DNA of 64,000 bases from Takakia lepidozioides (Eukaryota > Plantae > Bryophyta). Where the stretch lies: contig CM060733.1 in the NCBI GenBank assembly GCA_030704615.1, positions 60,016,001 through 60,080,000 of the forward strand. The letters are read 5' to 3'. The notes beneath the pieces were generated by a model. It was not told where the DNA came from. It ran no database searches and saw nothing but the letters and a program-made list of their open reading frames with translations. Both the position numbers and the translations under genes were made by a program. This document shows, piece by piece, positions 11,060 to 22,825 of this stretch. Position 1 is the first letter of the stretch. The number at the start of each line of letters is the position of its first letter.

Positions 11060-13789
11060 CCACATTTGGCTGAGCGGTAGGATAGGCTGACTGCAAGTGG
11101 GTTTGTGGCATTCCACTCATGGGAAGAGTGGATGCCACTCCCACCGGTTGTATTGACACTGATCCTATACTGCTAGCAGGGATATTGCTAACATGCATGC
11201 CTATGGACTGGCTAGAAACAAGGTGTGGTGGCACCCCAGCACGTTGAGCAAGGAGAGCCCCCACCAATTGACCCGTGAGGGCAGGAGTCAGAGCAGCAGA
11301 TACACTAGAGGGCCCTTGCATTATGATACCCCCACCTTGAACAGCACCATGCACATTTACCACAGGAAGACTGCCCACATGCACACCCGAATTTGAAGGC
11401 AACAAATTCCCTCCTCCGAGAGTGGGACTAGGGAAATTCACAACAGGCAAGCACACTAGGACTCAAGTTAGTGACTTGGGCCGGCATACTGCTCACAATT
11501 TAGCCCGAGTGTCCAAGACCAACCCGATCCTACCCTGTTCATGACCAGATCGCACCAAGGGCGCACTACCTTGAGCCACCATGGCTTCACTAATCTGAGT
11601 AGGAAAAATTGCGGGGTTTGCGCCCCCCGATTCCATGGGCAAAACAACAGAGCCCTCATCCCCTATTCTCAAGACACCACCATCACGCAACAGTCCTAAA
11701 TTTTCCTCAAAATTACCAGTGTCCAAGGAAACCTCATCAATAAAGGCATTACCTGCCTGGAGGTTGTCCGATTCCCCACTTATATTAGGCATGCCTCTGC
11801 CAGGCGGCCCCAGTGGCTCTCTTGAACCAGCCATGAATTTCTGCCTACCAGATCGCAACCAAGAACTTGCAGATGTGTTTGGCATGCAAAGATAAAGACA
11901 ATCGTGGAAAAGAAAGAACCTCTAAGCCGCCGGGATGAGCAACCGCGGCCTTGGGCTTGGTACCCGTGGAGTCTCGGGAGCCCAGACAGAGCAAGAAAGA
12001 AGCTTGAGCAGGTCGTGAGAACTGGAACCATAAACTGCCATCGCCAGCCACTCCCACACCCTCTCGTTCTTAATCCAAAAGCCCACCCGCGTCGTGTCGT
12101 TCTCCTCCCACGTCCGGGACAGTACTGAGGAATTGGGAAAGTATCCAGGTGATCTGCAACGCGAGGGCAAAGTACATGTTGCTCTTCAAAACAGGTGCCC
12201 GGCAAAAATCGCGATATCTGACAACTGTACATGCAAACTATTTCCCACGAGACCATCCACCAAATCAACCGTCGTGGGTTTGCAACGGCACACCCGGGAG
12301 TGAAATCGAAGAGCTCGTAACAACAAGGCTCTAGAGCCTTCGAGCAATAGTGATAGCCAAGAGCTTGCTGTCTGTTCGGTCGTCTGCCACAGGCCCGACT
12401 CACGGCAGACACAGACAATGGTAAATGTAGCCCGAGCGCTTCCCAGGCTACCTGCCGATGATGAAGAACACGACCTTTGAATACTTTTGGCCGCAAGCGC
12501 AGGGAGTTCCTGACAGCCACAATGGCTCGGGTCTGGCACAACGCACTCTCTCTCCGAAAATCAGAACTTGACCCAGGTCGTACAAAAATCGCTTCGTGAT
12601 GACTGTTCAAACGACAAGCATCCTCTCAAACAAGATGCTTCAAACTTCTCAAACCAGTGCGCATCCTCCAGAAGCAACTCTCCTAGAGACTCATCATATT
12701 CTTGAGAGCGCTCAACATCTCTCTCAAACTCTCTCTCTCGTTCTCTCGGACAATCGTAATCAGGGCCTGGATCGTAAAAAAATTCATAATTATAGTACTC
12801 TGGATCGCAACTATCTAGAGAGCTGGGCGACCTCTCACCTCTCGGTGACCAGGCCTCGGCCTCATTCAAATCAACATCATATCTAGGGCTAGATGAATTC
12901 AAATGCACGACAAGACCAGGACCATCAGTGTTGGGTTCAGGCAGGGGTGACACTGGCGAGGCAACAATGCCAAGCAGCGCACGATGAGAGGGGTTAGTGG
13001 CAGCAAGATTAGTTGTCACTATCAAGGCGGGGTCAGTCTCAATCTCAAAAACCAAATCAACTTGCACCGACAGACTCTCTCCTTCTCTGCGTGCTATACA
13101 GCTAGTACTACGCACTGAGGCCATTATCATGCAACACAGCACAATGAGCAGGGTGAGAAAGCAAATACGAAACAACAGGATAAAACATCGCAAGGTGGTT
13201 GGCCGCCATCAGACAAGACTGATTAGAGAGCAACTATGAAAAGGTTAGCGCGCAGATCCCTCAACAACCTAATAATGCTGTCAGGCGGGCAGTGGATGCT
13301 AAAACACCTAGACGCTACCCGGCTTCTCTCCACCACAAAACGAGCCTAAAGCATATACTTCCTATCAAGAAACAAGTTTTCACAACAAAGGGGCAAGCAG
13401 AAAGAGCAGGCGATGCGCGAGAGGAGGATCAAACACAAGGATTTGACACACAGGAGCTCTCATCCAAAGCTTGTACACCAAAATCACATATACACTAACA
13501 CCCGAGTACACCGCCCCGACCTTGTGTCAGGGCGTCGTCTTTGTACAAAAGCCCTAGCTTTAGTTGCCCGCCGTGTGGCGAGGCGTCACATGCCAAAACC
13601 CACGGCGCCGCTTGTTACCCTAGATCTGATGAAGGGCCAGGATGTGGCTACCAACCAAAACTAACCCTAACTTAGATATCATTGTAATGGTTTAACGACA
13701 TTATACGCCAAAAAATTATACTATGGATGTGTATCACCGTTTTGGATAAAACGGGTCATTTCTAGGCTAAGCAAATATGGGCCATTACA
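11060..13789 (-). mobile_element. 5' half of an LTR retrotransposon: LTR (13789 to ~13345), extra ORF region, N-terminal gag-like ORF
   Basis: Starts TGTAATGGCCC at 13789 and is ~95% identical by manual comparison to 43437-43885. Broken same-strand ORFs at 12561-13193, 11493-11885 and 11060-11456, the last ending ...TAQPNV at the MULE junction. Confidence 0.75.
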
Positions 13790-13819
13790 GGCAGACCACA
13801 CTACACCACAAATGGTTTA

Positions 13820-14060
13820 TCAACATGTACATGTAACTGCCATCCATGCCCATGTACATCATGACTATGCCCAGATGTTAGGATTGCTACCTTGTCAGCG
13901 AGACCTTCTGCTGCTCATACCTCAAACATCATAATTCATTACATTGAATTCACATACTGCAATGATCGAAGTTACCCAAAACAGACTAAACATTTCAAAC
14001 ACAAAGTCGAAAACAACCAACTTACCTATTAAGATAAAATACAAATTATTAAATAAGTTA
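13820..14060 (+). mobile_element. Decayed non-LTR retrotransposon fragment (restriction-like endonuclease region)
   Basis: CTCNCHPCPCTS*LCPDV followed by IHYIEFTYCNDR resembles the PD...IEF motif of RLE-type LINE C-termini. Short and degraded. Confidence 0.45.
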
Positions 14061-14804
14061 CAAATGGGGCCCACCTGGAAATCAAAGTGACTCTTAGTTA
14101 CGGCCGACTTTGGAGCACATTGTTTACCACGTCTTTGTCAACACAATATTTATCGTCCATCAAACATCCATTCATTCATGGGACATCTCATGACTAGCTC
14201 TTTCTTGTTTGGGTTTGATTGAAAGAGACTTGTTCTTACAACGGGTATATCTTTCAACATGCAAACTAAGTGGGTTGCATCACCATCTACTTCCATTCAC
14301 TGGACGTTAAAGAATTATCCATTTTGCTTTGGAAAAATTATGATTTTGACTACGTGAAGCCATTGTACCATAGTTATAAGCTTTGACGGTTGGAGCATAT
14401 GATTGTTGATGAACTCAAATCACTGCATTTTGAAAGATTTGTCATCAGTCAAATCTTTTTGGCAAAATGCTGAAGAATAACTATGTACAATTTGGTCCGA
14501 ATTATTGGGATAAGATGGGAGGCATGACAATGGGTAGGAATATATGTTGTGCATGCTTTTCAGTTTGGAGATAGAGTTGGTTTTGGCTTGAGGAGGTATC
14601 TTACTCTATGCTACAAAAAGATTCATTGGAGCGTGGAAATTATCTTGAGCAAGTTAGATGTTGGCTCGATCAATACAACTGTCTCAGTCCTACGATTCAG
14701 ATTGATAATGTGAGCTCGAGTTTTCTATTGAAATTCTTGATAATATATATTTTTTTTTCATAAAAGCTGATTTTTTCAATAGTGGGATTTTGTCTTTAAG
14801 ATCT

Positions 14805-14870
14805 CACTACAAGAGATAGAATTTTTGTAGAAATGATTGTCAGATGTAAACTCTCTACAAACTCAGTTGC
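14805..14870 (+). mobile_element. Isolated CACTA terminus
   Basis: CACTACAAGAGAT at 14805 matches the first 13 nt of the 954 and 4683 termini with one mismatch each. No partner end was found. Confidence 0.45.
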
Positions 14871-14979
14871 ACTCACGAGCAAGCCCAAGCCAAATGACAC
14901 AACCCATTTTTGATCTACTTACACTATGCACCTTCAAGCACAGAAGGATTGAATGAACCACATATCTAAAAAGGGTGCT

Positions 14980-15400
14980 TGCTACGACGTCTTGGAGGAA
15001 CTGCTACCCTAGTCATCCTAAAGCAGTCGTCGTCATGGAGTAGCCTCAACCCACTGGGTCCCACCATCCTATCTCCCACCACTCCACGCTCCTGCTACAA
15101 CAACTCACTGGCTCTTCAAAGCTCTAGAAGTTTCCAGATCGTAGGTTATTCTAGAATGTTCCATAGCGCACCGCCCCGTCGTTTTTCCTAGAATTTTCCC
15201 CTATTTCTACGCAGGGACCTACACCTGCCCTCATTATTCGCATGTTCTAGCAGCCCAGCCCGCCCTCCCCATTGGTTGGGCCATTCCCCTTCGTCTTTCT
15301 GACCTTTCCAATTAACGCCTTGGGATCCTTAATTTTCGGACCCTTCATTTCGTTAATTAATATAGGTGGCCTTATTACATTGGCCCCCTCTTTTACTTCC
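14980..15400 (-). mobile_element. 3' LTR (~400 bp) with upstream polypurine tract, from a truncated LTR element
   Basis: On the minus strand GGAAGTAAAAGAGGGGG-ccaa precedes TGTAATAAGG (15379), and the LTR ends ...CGTAGCA (14980). Confidence 0.65.
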
Positions 15401-15964
15401 TTGACCACGCTAATTCCTGGACCACTCTAGAATTAAGCGGGCCGAATGAAACTGCTTTACATATCAAAGGTATATCAATATTTTCCTATAGAGCCCAACC
15501 CTGAAAAAGAGCAGTACCCACAAAAGCAAAAAGATTTTAATTTTACTAACTTGTCTCTCGCTTTACCATGAGGTGTCATCTAGAACACCAAAAACGAGCA
15601 TTTGTCATTGGCGAGGTAGTAGTACACTTTGAGCTTAAGAAATTCCATCCTACAAATGTTTGCATACTCAGAACTGCCTCTAAAATTTTTATCTTTTAGT
15701 ATTTTAGGTTATGTACAATGTGCAACTATACTGTTGACTTTATAGTCCATTCAAATTTCAAAACTAATTGACAAATAGATCCCACTGGTTATGAAGCTTG
15801 AGCGTTTGCATTACACCTAATCAAGGTGTAAGTCATGTGGAATTAAACCCTAAATCCTAAACTTCATGAGAGTTTTTTAAAGTTCCAAAATTAGTATTAT
15901 ATTATGATATATCATGTTCCAATAGATGGTCTGGCAGTGGTTAGGGCACACCTTGCAAGTTTTG

Positions 15965-16200
15965 TATATATATTAAAGAGGAAATACGTGGGAGCGACAA
16001 CTCACTAATCGGGCCTCTTAATTACAGTGAGAGGAGAAAATAACCTCTTTCACAATAACCTCGACGTGAAGGCTTTCGCATGGGACACTGCCTAAAGTGA
16101 AGGGGAAGAAGAACATACCACACCCTCAAGATAGCAGGATTTGACCCATAATCATCCGGGGTGGTACTCCGTGTGCACTATCCAACTGAGCTCCTAATTG
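15965..16200 (-). mobile_element. tRNA-derived SINE-like element
   Basis: Minus strand has an A-box-like AGCTCAGTTGGATAGTGC and a B-box-like GGGTCAAATCC at tRNA spacing, then a ~170-nt body and an AT-rich tail. Confidence 0.6.
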
Positions 16201-16417
16201 TTGGTTTCTGTATTGAATGTCACCCATTATGTAAAAGAGGGATCCTAGGTCCACCAATTAAATTTATGTGTGAGGACTTGAGGATTTTGAGTCATTGGGG
16301 AAGATTTGGGGCAACCCTATTGCTCGGGTTACGACTGTGCCGTCCACCTTCCAAATGAAAAGACATCCCTTTGGAAGTGAAGTGATACCACAAGTTACGT
16401 ATGTTTGGAGGCTGGAC

Positions 16418-17151
16418 CAGTGTTGGACCGGTATATAGGTCTTGGGCGGGTATCAACTAGGGTAAGGGTAATGGTATGAAGGATCATACCAGGTGGGTAC
16501 CTACAAAGGCAAAACCCGGCAATACCCTGGTGGGGTAGGATACATGGACTTCTAAAACCCTGGTGCAAAACATACCAGTCAGTCGGGTCTTCTTCCTCGC
16601 ACTACCACTCCAATACCATGCATACATCGGTTGAGGGACATGATGGAGGGGTAGGGTCTAGGGTAGTTTGAGGTTAGGGATACTAACTACATATAGCGTT
16701 TTCAAGAGGGCACTCAATGAGGATGAGTGACAGGATGCTAATATGTTTGAAGAAGAGTAGATGAAATGCAATTTGTTAGTGATAGAGAAGAGTTAGGGGC
16801 CATTTGGGATATTTTTCAATATTGAAATGGGCCATTTGAATAGTTGAAATCTTCATATGATTTAAAGGGCCTCCGTCCATTTTTTATTTTTATTTTTATT
16901 TATTTTTAAGAGAACTGTACTAGTGTAGCTGGTACAAGCCCCTGGCACATACCATGCTGGTATGACTTTTAAAAGTTTGTTTAATACCATACCAGTCAGA
17001 TTTTCACTTTGATACCATACCATATACCATACCAGCCTATTAAATTTAGACATCATTTGATACCAGTACCATATTGGTTTCAATAATTCAACTGTACCCC
17101 AATACCTTCACCCTATTGGTATCAAAAAACCATGATACCAGTCCAACACTG
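16418..17151. mobile_element. Non-autonomous hAT-type element (MITE)
   Basis: TIRs CAGTGTTGGAC...GTCCAACACTG. Flanking 8-mers ggctggac / gtctcgac match at 6/8 (decayed TSD). Many ggtat/atacc subterminal motifs. Confidence 0.8.
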
Positions 17152-17251
17152 GTCTCGACATGAGTCTTTTTCTATAAATAAATATGGGTCAATGATTTGT
17201 TGGAAAACTACAATTAATTTCCGTTCCTATTTAAATTGTGCAAAGTCATTA

Positions 17252-18807
17252 TCAATACATGAAGCGAGACATTTATTTTTGTTTTGTTTGTTTTGTTTGT
17301 AGCATTGTTGAGATCTCCCAAACCACGGGCCCCAACCCCGGTTCTTGCTGCCGTTGGAAAGCCCTCAATGAGGAGGGGTGCACCGGCTTAGTCTCATGAT
17401 TTTTGGACCCGCGGTGTGGGAGATATCGAATTTCAAGCACTTCAGGTCTCTGGAAATTCGTGAAAAATAGTGAAGTGGGCTTTCCTGGAGCAATGATTGG
17501 CCCTTCATGTGGGAGATTTGGAATTTCAAGTACTTTTGGTCGCTGGAAATTTGCGAAAAATAGCAAAGTGGATATATCACTATATGAAGCCTCGACAGGG
17601 GAGATTGCAAAAATAGCAAAGTGGGCTTTGGGATTGCACTTGGACTTAGGTGACATTGGACACTTGAGGTCGCACTTGGGCCTCTACATGGGAGACGCAC
17701 ATGGATACATAGGAGATTGCACTTGGGCTTAGAATTCAATTCTTCTCACATGGGCCAATGACACATGCTACCCTAGATCTCCCAAATAGTGGGGTCTTAT
17801 CTGGATACATATGGGATTGCAATTGGACATAGATGACACTAGACACTTGGCCCAACGGCACAGGCTACCCTAACAAAGTGGGCTCTGTTGGAACAATGAC
17901 GTGGAGATCTCGCAAACTGTAGGGTCTCTGGATACATAGGGGATCGCACTTGGACTTAGATGACAGTGGACACTGGAGGTCGCACTTGGGCCTCTACATG
18001 GGAGAAGCACTTGGATACATAAGAGATTGCTAGATTTCAATTCTTCATACACGGGACACTTGGGCCAATGGCACATGCTACCCTAGTCAATATATGAAGG
18101 CAGCCAGTTTGTTTTGTTTTGTTTTGTTTTGTTTGTTTGTTTTGTCACGTTGAGATGTCCTGAACCGCGAGGCCCCATCCCTAGTGCTTGGTACCATTGG
18201 AAAGCCCTCAACGAGGAGGGGTGCACGGGCTTGGTCTCATGATTTTTGGACCAACGGTGTGGGAGATGTGGAATTTCAAGTACTTTGGGTCGCTGGAAAT
18301 TCCCGAAAAATAGCAAAGTGGGAATTCCTGGGACAGCCTCGAAAGGAGAGATATCAAGGAAAAGGTCTCCGGTTCAAATCTGGTCGTAGGCTCTGCGGAA
18401 AAAAAGTGATTAGCTTTGGCTTGATGCATTTGGACTTAGATGACATTGGACACTTGGACCAACGGCACAGACTACCCTAGGACATTGATTGGAGCCTGGA
18501 CAATCGATATAATATCAATAATGATTGGATATATTACGACTCAATAAATTCATGAAAAGGGAAAAATTGGGCCTTAACATGGGAGACGTACTTGGATACA
18601 TAGGAGATTGCACACTGGGCTTAGATGGGCCTCGACATAGGAGACGCACTGGGGTACATAGGAAATTGCACTTGGTCTTAGATGTCAGTTCTTCACACAT
18701 GGGCCAAAGGTATAGGTTGCCCTAGAGGTCGCACTTGTGCCTCGACAAAGACGCACTGGGATACATAGAAGATCTTACACTTGGGCCAACGGCACCGGCT
18801 ACCCTAG
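17252..18807 (+). mobile_element. Two tandem non-autonomous Helitron-like units (17252-18086, 18087-18807)
   Basis: A|TCAATA... start and ...GCTACCCTAG|T end, with no TSD. The second unit begins TCAATA directly after CTAG. Both units have a (TTTG)-rich tract and homologous bodies. Confidence 0.75.
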
Positions 18808-20478
18808 TAAGGTTGAAAAATACAAAGTTATAATAAATTTTGGTTATGTTTGGGATGATTTAAGCTTTAGATGTCCATCTTCTATCTAATATATTTAAGA
18901 TTTTAAAGTGTTTAGATCCTAATTTTTGTTCTTCTATCTTTATTAAATCTTATGTCAATCTGAGATAATATTTTCTAGCAGTACATAAATTGGGAATAAG
19001 AAATTTCTTACCTCACTTTTATCGCCAATGAACGGAGGAGGACCAATTATTGGACATTGGACCATATATATGTATACATGTGTAATATAACATATATTGT
19101 GACCATTGATTTATAATCACTTTTGAAGGACCAAGGGGACAATTATGGAAAGTGAATATATAATCGTGTATCATTTAAGCTTTCAATTTGAAGGTCAAAG
19201 TGGGATTGGAAGGCCTTATAACTTTATTGGTCTTGTAAACCTTAACTGTTTTGGTCCCTGCATAATATGCATCTATAGACAAGAATCTTGACCAATTTGC
19301 TTCAATTTGGGCTAGAGATTTCCGATTGGTCCTGGTTTGTAGTTTTATTTTTTCCCACCAATGAGCTCGTCAACTGAGCCAAACTAGTTTGGAATACACA
19401 TTCCAAGTATTTCATTTTATGAGTATTAGATGTATATCAATCTTCTGCGATGTTTTCAGCAATAGTTACCATAGACTTTGGTGATGTTGTCTACAAGATG
19501 TTTCTTCGGTTTTGTGCAAGAAGGACTTTAAGAGACTTCAACATCTCAAGGGAACCTTTGACAAGATCATATCTTAGAAAAATGTCTCACGTCTGTAGAG
19601 TTAACTACTGGTGTTTCTAAGTTAGTCATTCATCCTGCGACAATTTCAAAAAACAAAACCATATTTTGGATGTTGATATCCAAACAACCAATGCTGCATG
19701 TGAAAGTTTTACAAAAAAAAATCATCAACGCTCATGTGGAGGCATTACAAGAGGCAAATCTTCTAATACTTTACTTCCTTGTTTGCTAAATGAGATCATT
19801 ATGCTTGTCGGTGCTTCTTGCTTTGACAATGATGATGTGGAACTTCGGTAGAACCCAAATCAAGTTCCAGCTCCGAACAATATGAAAATGGTCAGAAGTG
19901 GATGAGAGAGCTTGCACCCGTTTCGTTGCTTCACATTCGTCTTCCCCAAGCAGAACCGACTGGAGTCCTCAGAGCCCTCTTGGTTGCCTTCTTGGTTGCC
20001 ATCTTGGTTATTTGGGAAGCACAAATTGGGGCAACACTAGGTAGAAGATGAAGGTAACTTGGGTAGACACAAGCTGAAAAGAGTTAGCGAACTATTCAAG
20101 TGGGATGTAGAAGGATTAAGTTTAGTTATTTTTCTTGCATGAGAGTCTCAATAGTACAACAAGTTGATAAGTTGGTCAACGTGGCGATCCACCTTTTTTT
20201 TTTTTTTGAAAATAAGTCTTTGGACTCAAGGTTAAGCTCCCCACTTCCTATTCTTGCTACTTCCAAGACTTTGGCTTCCTCCAAAGTGATGCTAGAGATA
20301 GATCCATTTCTTTATTGGTGCAACAATATCTGATGATGCAATTGCAATTGCATAACCCTCCTGTAAGTTCTGTATTAAAATTAAAATAAAAAATGCATAT
20401 ATAGAGTATATTGTGGAACGGCAAAGTTGCATTCAATTGGTAGCGGTGCACCTTGGTGCTGTCATAGATATTTACGTA

Positions 20479-20572
20479 CTAGAGAACGCGCCCCCTAGGG
20501 CGCATTATGGCTCCTAGTGAGTCACTAGGGCGAGCCCGGGAGGAGCCATAATGCGCCCTAGGGGGCGCGTTC
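20479..20572. repeat. Perfect 32-bp inverted repeat with two mini-hairpins in the loop (T-shaped hairpin)
   Basis: 20484-20515 GAACGCGCCCCCTAGGGCGCATTATGGCTCCT is the exact reverse complement of 20541-20572. The loop holds AGTG-agt-CACT and GGG-cgag-CCC. CTAG lies at 20479-20482. Confidence 0.95.
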
Positions 20573-22825
20573 CCTGGCGTAAAGGACTTTTGGGAGCAGA
20601 TTCTGCGAGGGCCCTGATTGGCTGCAGGCCATAATGAGGCAATTAAAGTCAAACTGCCGATTAGGAGAGTCAAACAGCCGATTAGGAACGCAGAAAGCGC
20701 CAGCGCCGTGGAGCGTCGATCTTCTGCATCCTAATTTGCCTCAAAAACGGCAGAATCTAACCCCAAAATCCTTTACGAGTAACAATTGTTCATTTCTTTT
20801 CGTCGTGTTGACGGTCGATAAAGCCATTGGGGCCAACTTTCAATAGGAATGCTCCGTTTGGCCCCTAGCCTGCCTTGTAAAGTGGCGGGAGTTCCTACAT
20901 CCCTTTTCTCCAAAAAAATTAATCTTCCTTCAAAAGTTTAACCATCCCCCGCCCGACCGTCGTTTCCGCTTTAGAATCATTTCCAAGGGTTGAAAGCGCA
21001 AACGTGGATATGGAGTCCGAAATCCTAACCCAGAATAAGGCATCCCCTACAACACGAAGACCAGTCTTCTCAACTTGTATGAGATGGAAGAGCGGAAGAT
21101 TGTTCGCGAAGTTTTGGCGTAGCTGCGCAAATCCTTGTGTACCGAGAAGCACCTTCCATCTTTTGCCCCTGACACAGTAGCGAACACAGAGATGTTGCAT
21201 CCTGGATTTTGTCACAGATATTGAGATCGGTGCCAGAATGGAAAGTTTCCAGATACATTGGAGTATGCTCGAGCGCTTTCGGCTGGACGGGATATTCGAC
21301 ACAGCCTGAAGCAAGATGAGGATCCACACAAATTCCATCCATGTGTGTTTGAATCACCACTTGGTGTGCATAGCTGCCATGAGCTCCACCTTCACTTCTT
21401 CTGGAGATAGCTCTGGTGTAGGTAGCAGGGAGAAGCCATCGTTGGTAGTAACTAGTAACCATTCACCTGCTCCTTAATACAGAACTTAAGGAGTTGAGAT
21501 TGAACGATTGAACCCTGGCAAATCTAGAGTTGATGGATGGAACTCTGCCGCCTTTTTTCAAAAAAATAAGACCTTTTCAGGTCCCTTCCAACTTTACAGT
21601 CTACTAACTTAGCCCAGGAAGCTCATAAGCAAAAACTAGCGCCAATCCTGTAGAAGTAGGACTGGAGTGACACTCTGCCTTCCCAAGCTGCACAGTCTCA
21701 GTACATTGAACAGGTAGCATCAAGATGCCAAAAGGGTGTGGAAATATAGAGGCCACAACATTCACACCTTCCACAGTATGGAATGGTCAAGTCATATCTG
21801 AGACAAGCTAAGGATGAGGGTTAGATCTGCCTGCTTGGACAGGACAGCAGAATACAGGTGTCAAAATTACTGGTGTCATAGTTACCTTGCAACAAAATGT
21901 TATCACCAAGAGTATCGAGACTGAAACATTCATTTTAAATTCTCTGGTAAACCATCCAACCCACAGGCCTAAGCCTGTCAGAAGAACATTGGCCTCCTCT
22001 CGAATTGCCACTGTAACTCCTCTCATCCAGGACCAGATGAACAGACACCAGCCACAGCAAGCAAACAGTCACCAGGCTTTGAAGAAGCGGTGATTAGTAA
22101 AGGCCACTTGCTATGTGCCTGCTGCTGCAACCTCTCCCCTGATTCCCTTAGGCAAAACAACTCCATCACTGCTGAGGGAAGGTGCAATGAACCCCCCTCA
22201 GAGGTCAGTTGGACCACACACAGTGACAGACGGGCTTGCACTAAACCCTGCACTGCTGGTTGGAAGGTAATCGAGGCCACTAATATGAATTCAAAATTTT
22301 GTTAGCTCATTCTACTGCTGCCAAAACTGTATATCACGTTGAATATGCCTTATGAGCAATTCACATTATACAAGAAACACTGTAAAGTCCTAGAACTTGG
22401 TCATCCACATAGTGCGATGGCTTGCCCCAGAGAACATGATGCACTCCACCCTGGTGTCATCCGCCATCACCTATCTTCAAACTTTTGGCAACTTGGTGTG
22501 ATGCTTGGTGGTGCATGTTGCAAAACCTTCAGATTCAGACACTTGGGAGGGAATCCTCAGTGGCTGTTAAGCTCCATCAGGAGGCATATGCTTTATGCCA
22601 CTCAAATGTTTTATTCATCTAACAACAAATTAAAAGAGGAGAAACTGTGCCGTCAATGCCACGATTTCAACATAAACATCAGCTCGAGCCGGACCTTCAC
22701 AGGATGATGTGTCATCAGAACATACTCTAGTCCATCCAGCGCGTCTAAGACCCATACACTTCCAATAAGGTAAGACCCAGGCTCAATTCATGTTCCTAAA
22801 ATACCCACCTACAGTTTGCAGGAGC

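Noticed and set aside
13292-13664. Conserved small protein, repeated at 43551-43922
   Set aside because: The similarity comes from the two LTR copies, and a frameshift differs between them.
11048-13789. 2.7-kb solo LTR bounded by TGTA...TACA
   Set aside because: The flanks (cacgg / ggcag) are not a TSD. The apparent end is better explained as the MULE terminus next to the 11-mer where gag continues at 38971.
19020-19390. MITE with ggacc/ggtcc motifs
   Set aside because: The motif polarity is suggestive, but no TIR or TSD could be fixed by eye.
20919-21462. Overlapping minus-strand ORFs as a gene
   Set aside because: No recognisable domain or supported splice structure.
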